Part shown: one piece after another, positions 63,874 to 64,000 of the stretch
Numbering within the stretch: position 1 is the first letter of the stretch
Layout: every line of letters begins with the position of its first letter
Assembly: GCA_964016885.1 (NCBI GenBank)
Contig: OZ024740.1
Location: 386,818,001 to 386,882,000, forward strand
DNA from: Eledone cirrhosa
Lineage: Eukaryota
Reading direction: 5' to 3'
DNA: 64,000 nucleotides
The notes under the pieces: model-generated
The model's input: only the letters and a program-made list of their open reading frames with translations
What the model was told of the DNA's origin: nothing
The model's database searches: none
Program-made: the position numbers and the translations under genes

Positions 63874-64000
63874 TTAACTGTTTTATATTTCCAATGAAAT
63901 ATTCTGCCTATGTGTTAAAATTTATTTTGAAAATAATGTCAAAAGAATTGGAAGGATTTAGTAAAATAAGTGGTCTTATTAAGCTGGTATTTGAAACATA

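Overview
AT-rich, repeat-dense eukaryotic (animal) DNA. The (AT)n arrays, (GAT)n-tailed RTE LINEs and SINE types suggest an octopus-like cephalopod, which is an inference and not checked. One host gene is recognisable: a six-exon CLNS1A/pICln (methylosome subunit) on the + strand at 47641-61321, 216 aa when spliced by hand, which the ORF track mostly misses. Intron 2 holds an apparently intact RTE LINE (1022-aa APE-RT ORF) with a PHD-type C4HC3 zinc finger inserted inside its RT domain. Bases 1-47 kb are a nest of transposable elements: about 9 truncated RTE segments of two further subfamilies, 2 CR1-like LINEs, CRE-like relics, three SINE families, maT/hAT/piggyBac/mariner derivatives and several Helitrons. 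The most notable hidden features are: (1) minimal type-I hammerhead ribozyme motifs, some arranged as inverted dimers in long palindromes, as in Penelope-like elements; (2) a Helitron-derived cassette with 500-bp inverted arms that replaces an RTE RT core; (3) a SINE whose last 43 nt are identical to the 3' end of the intact LINE; and (4) snap-back hairpins at LINE truncation junctions. All coordinates were read by eye and may be off by a few bases. No database searches were run.
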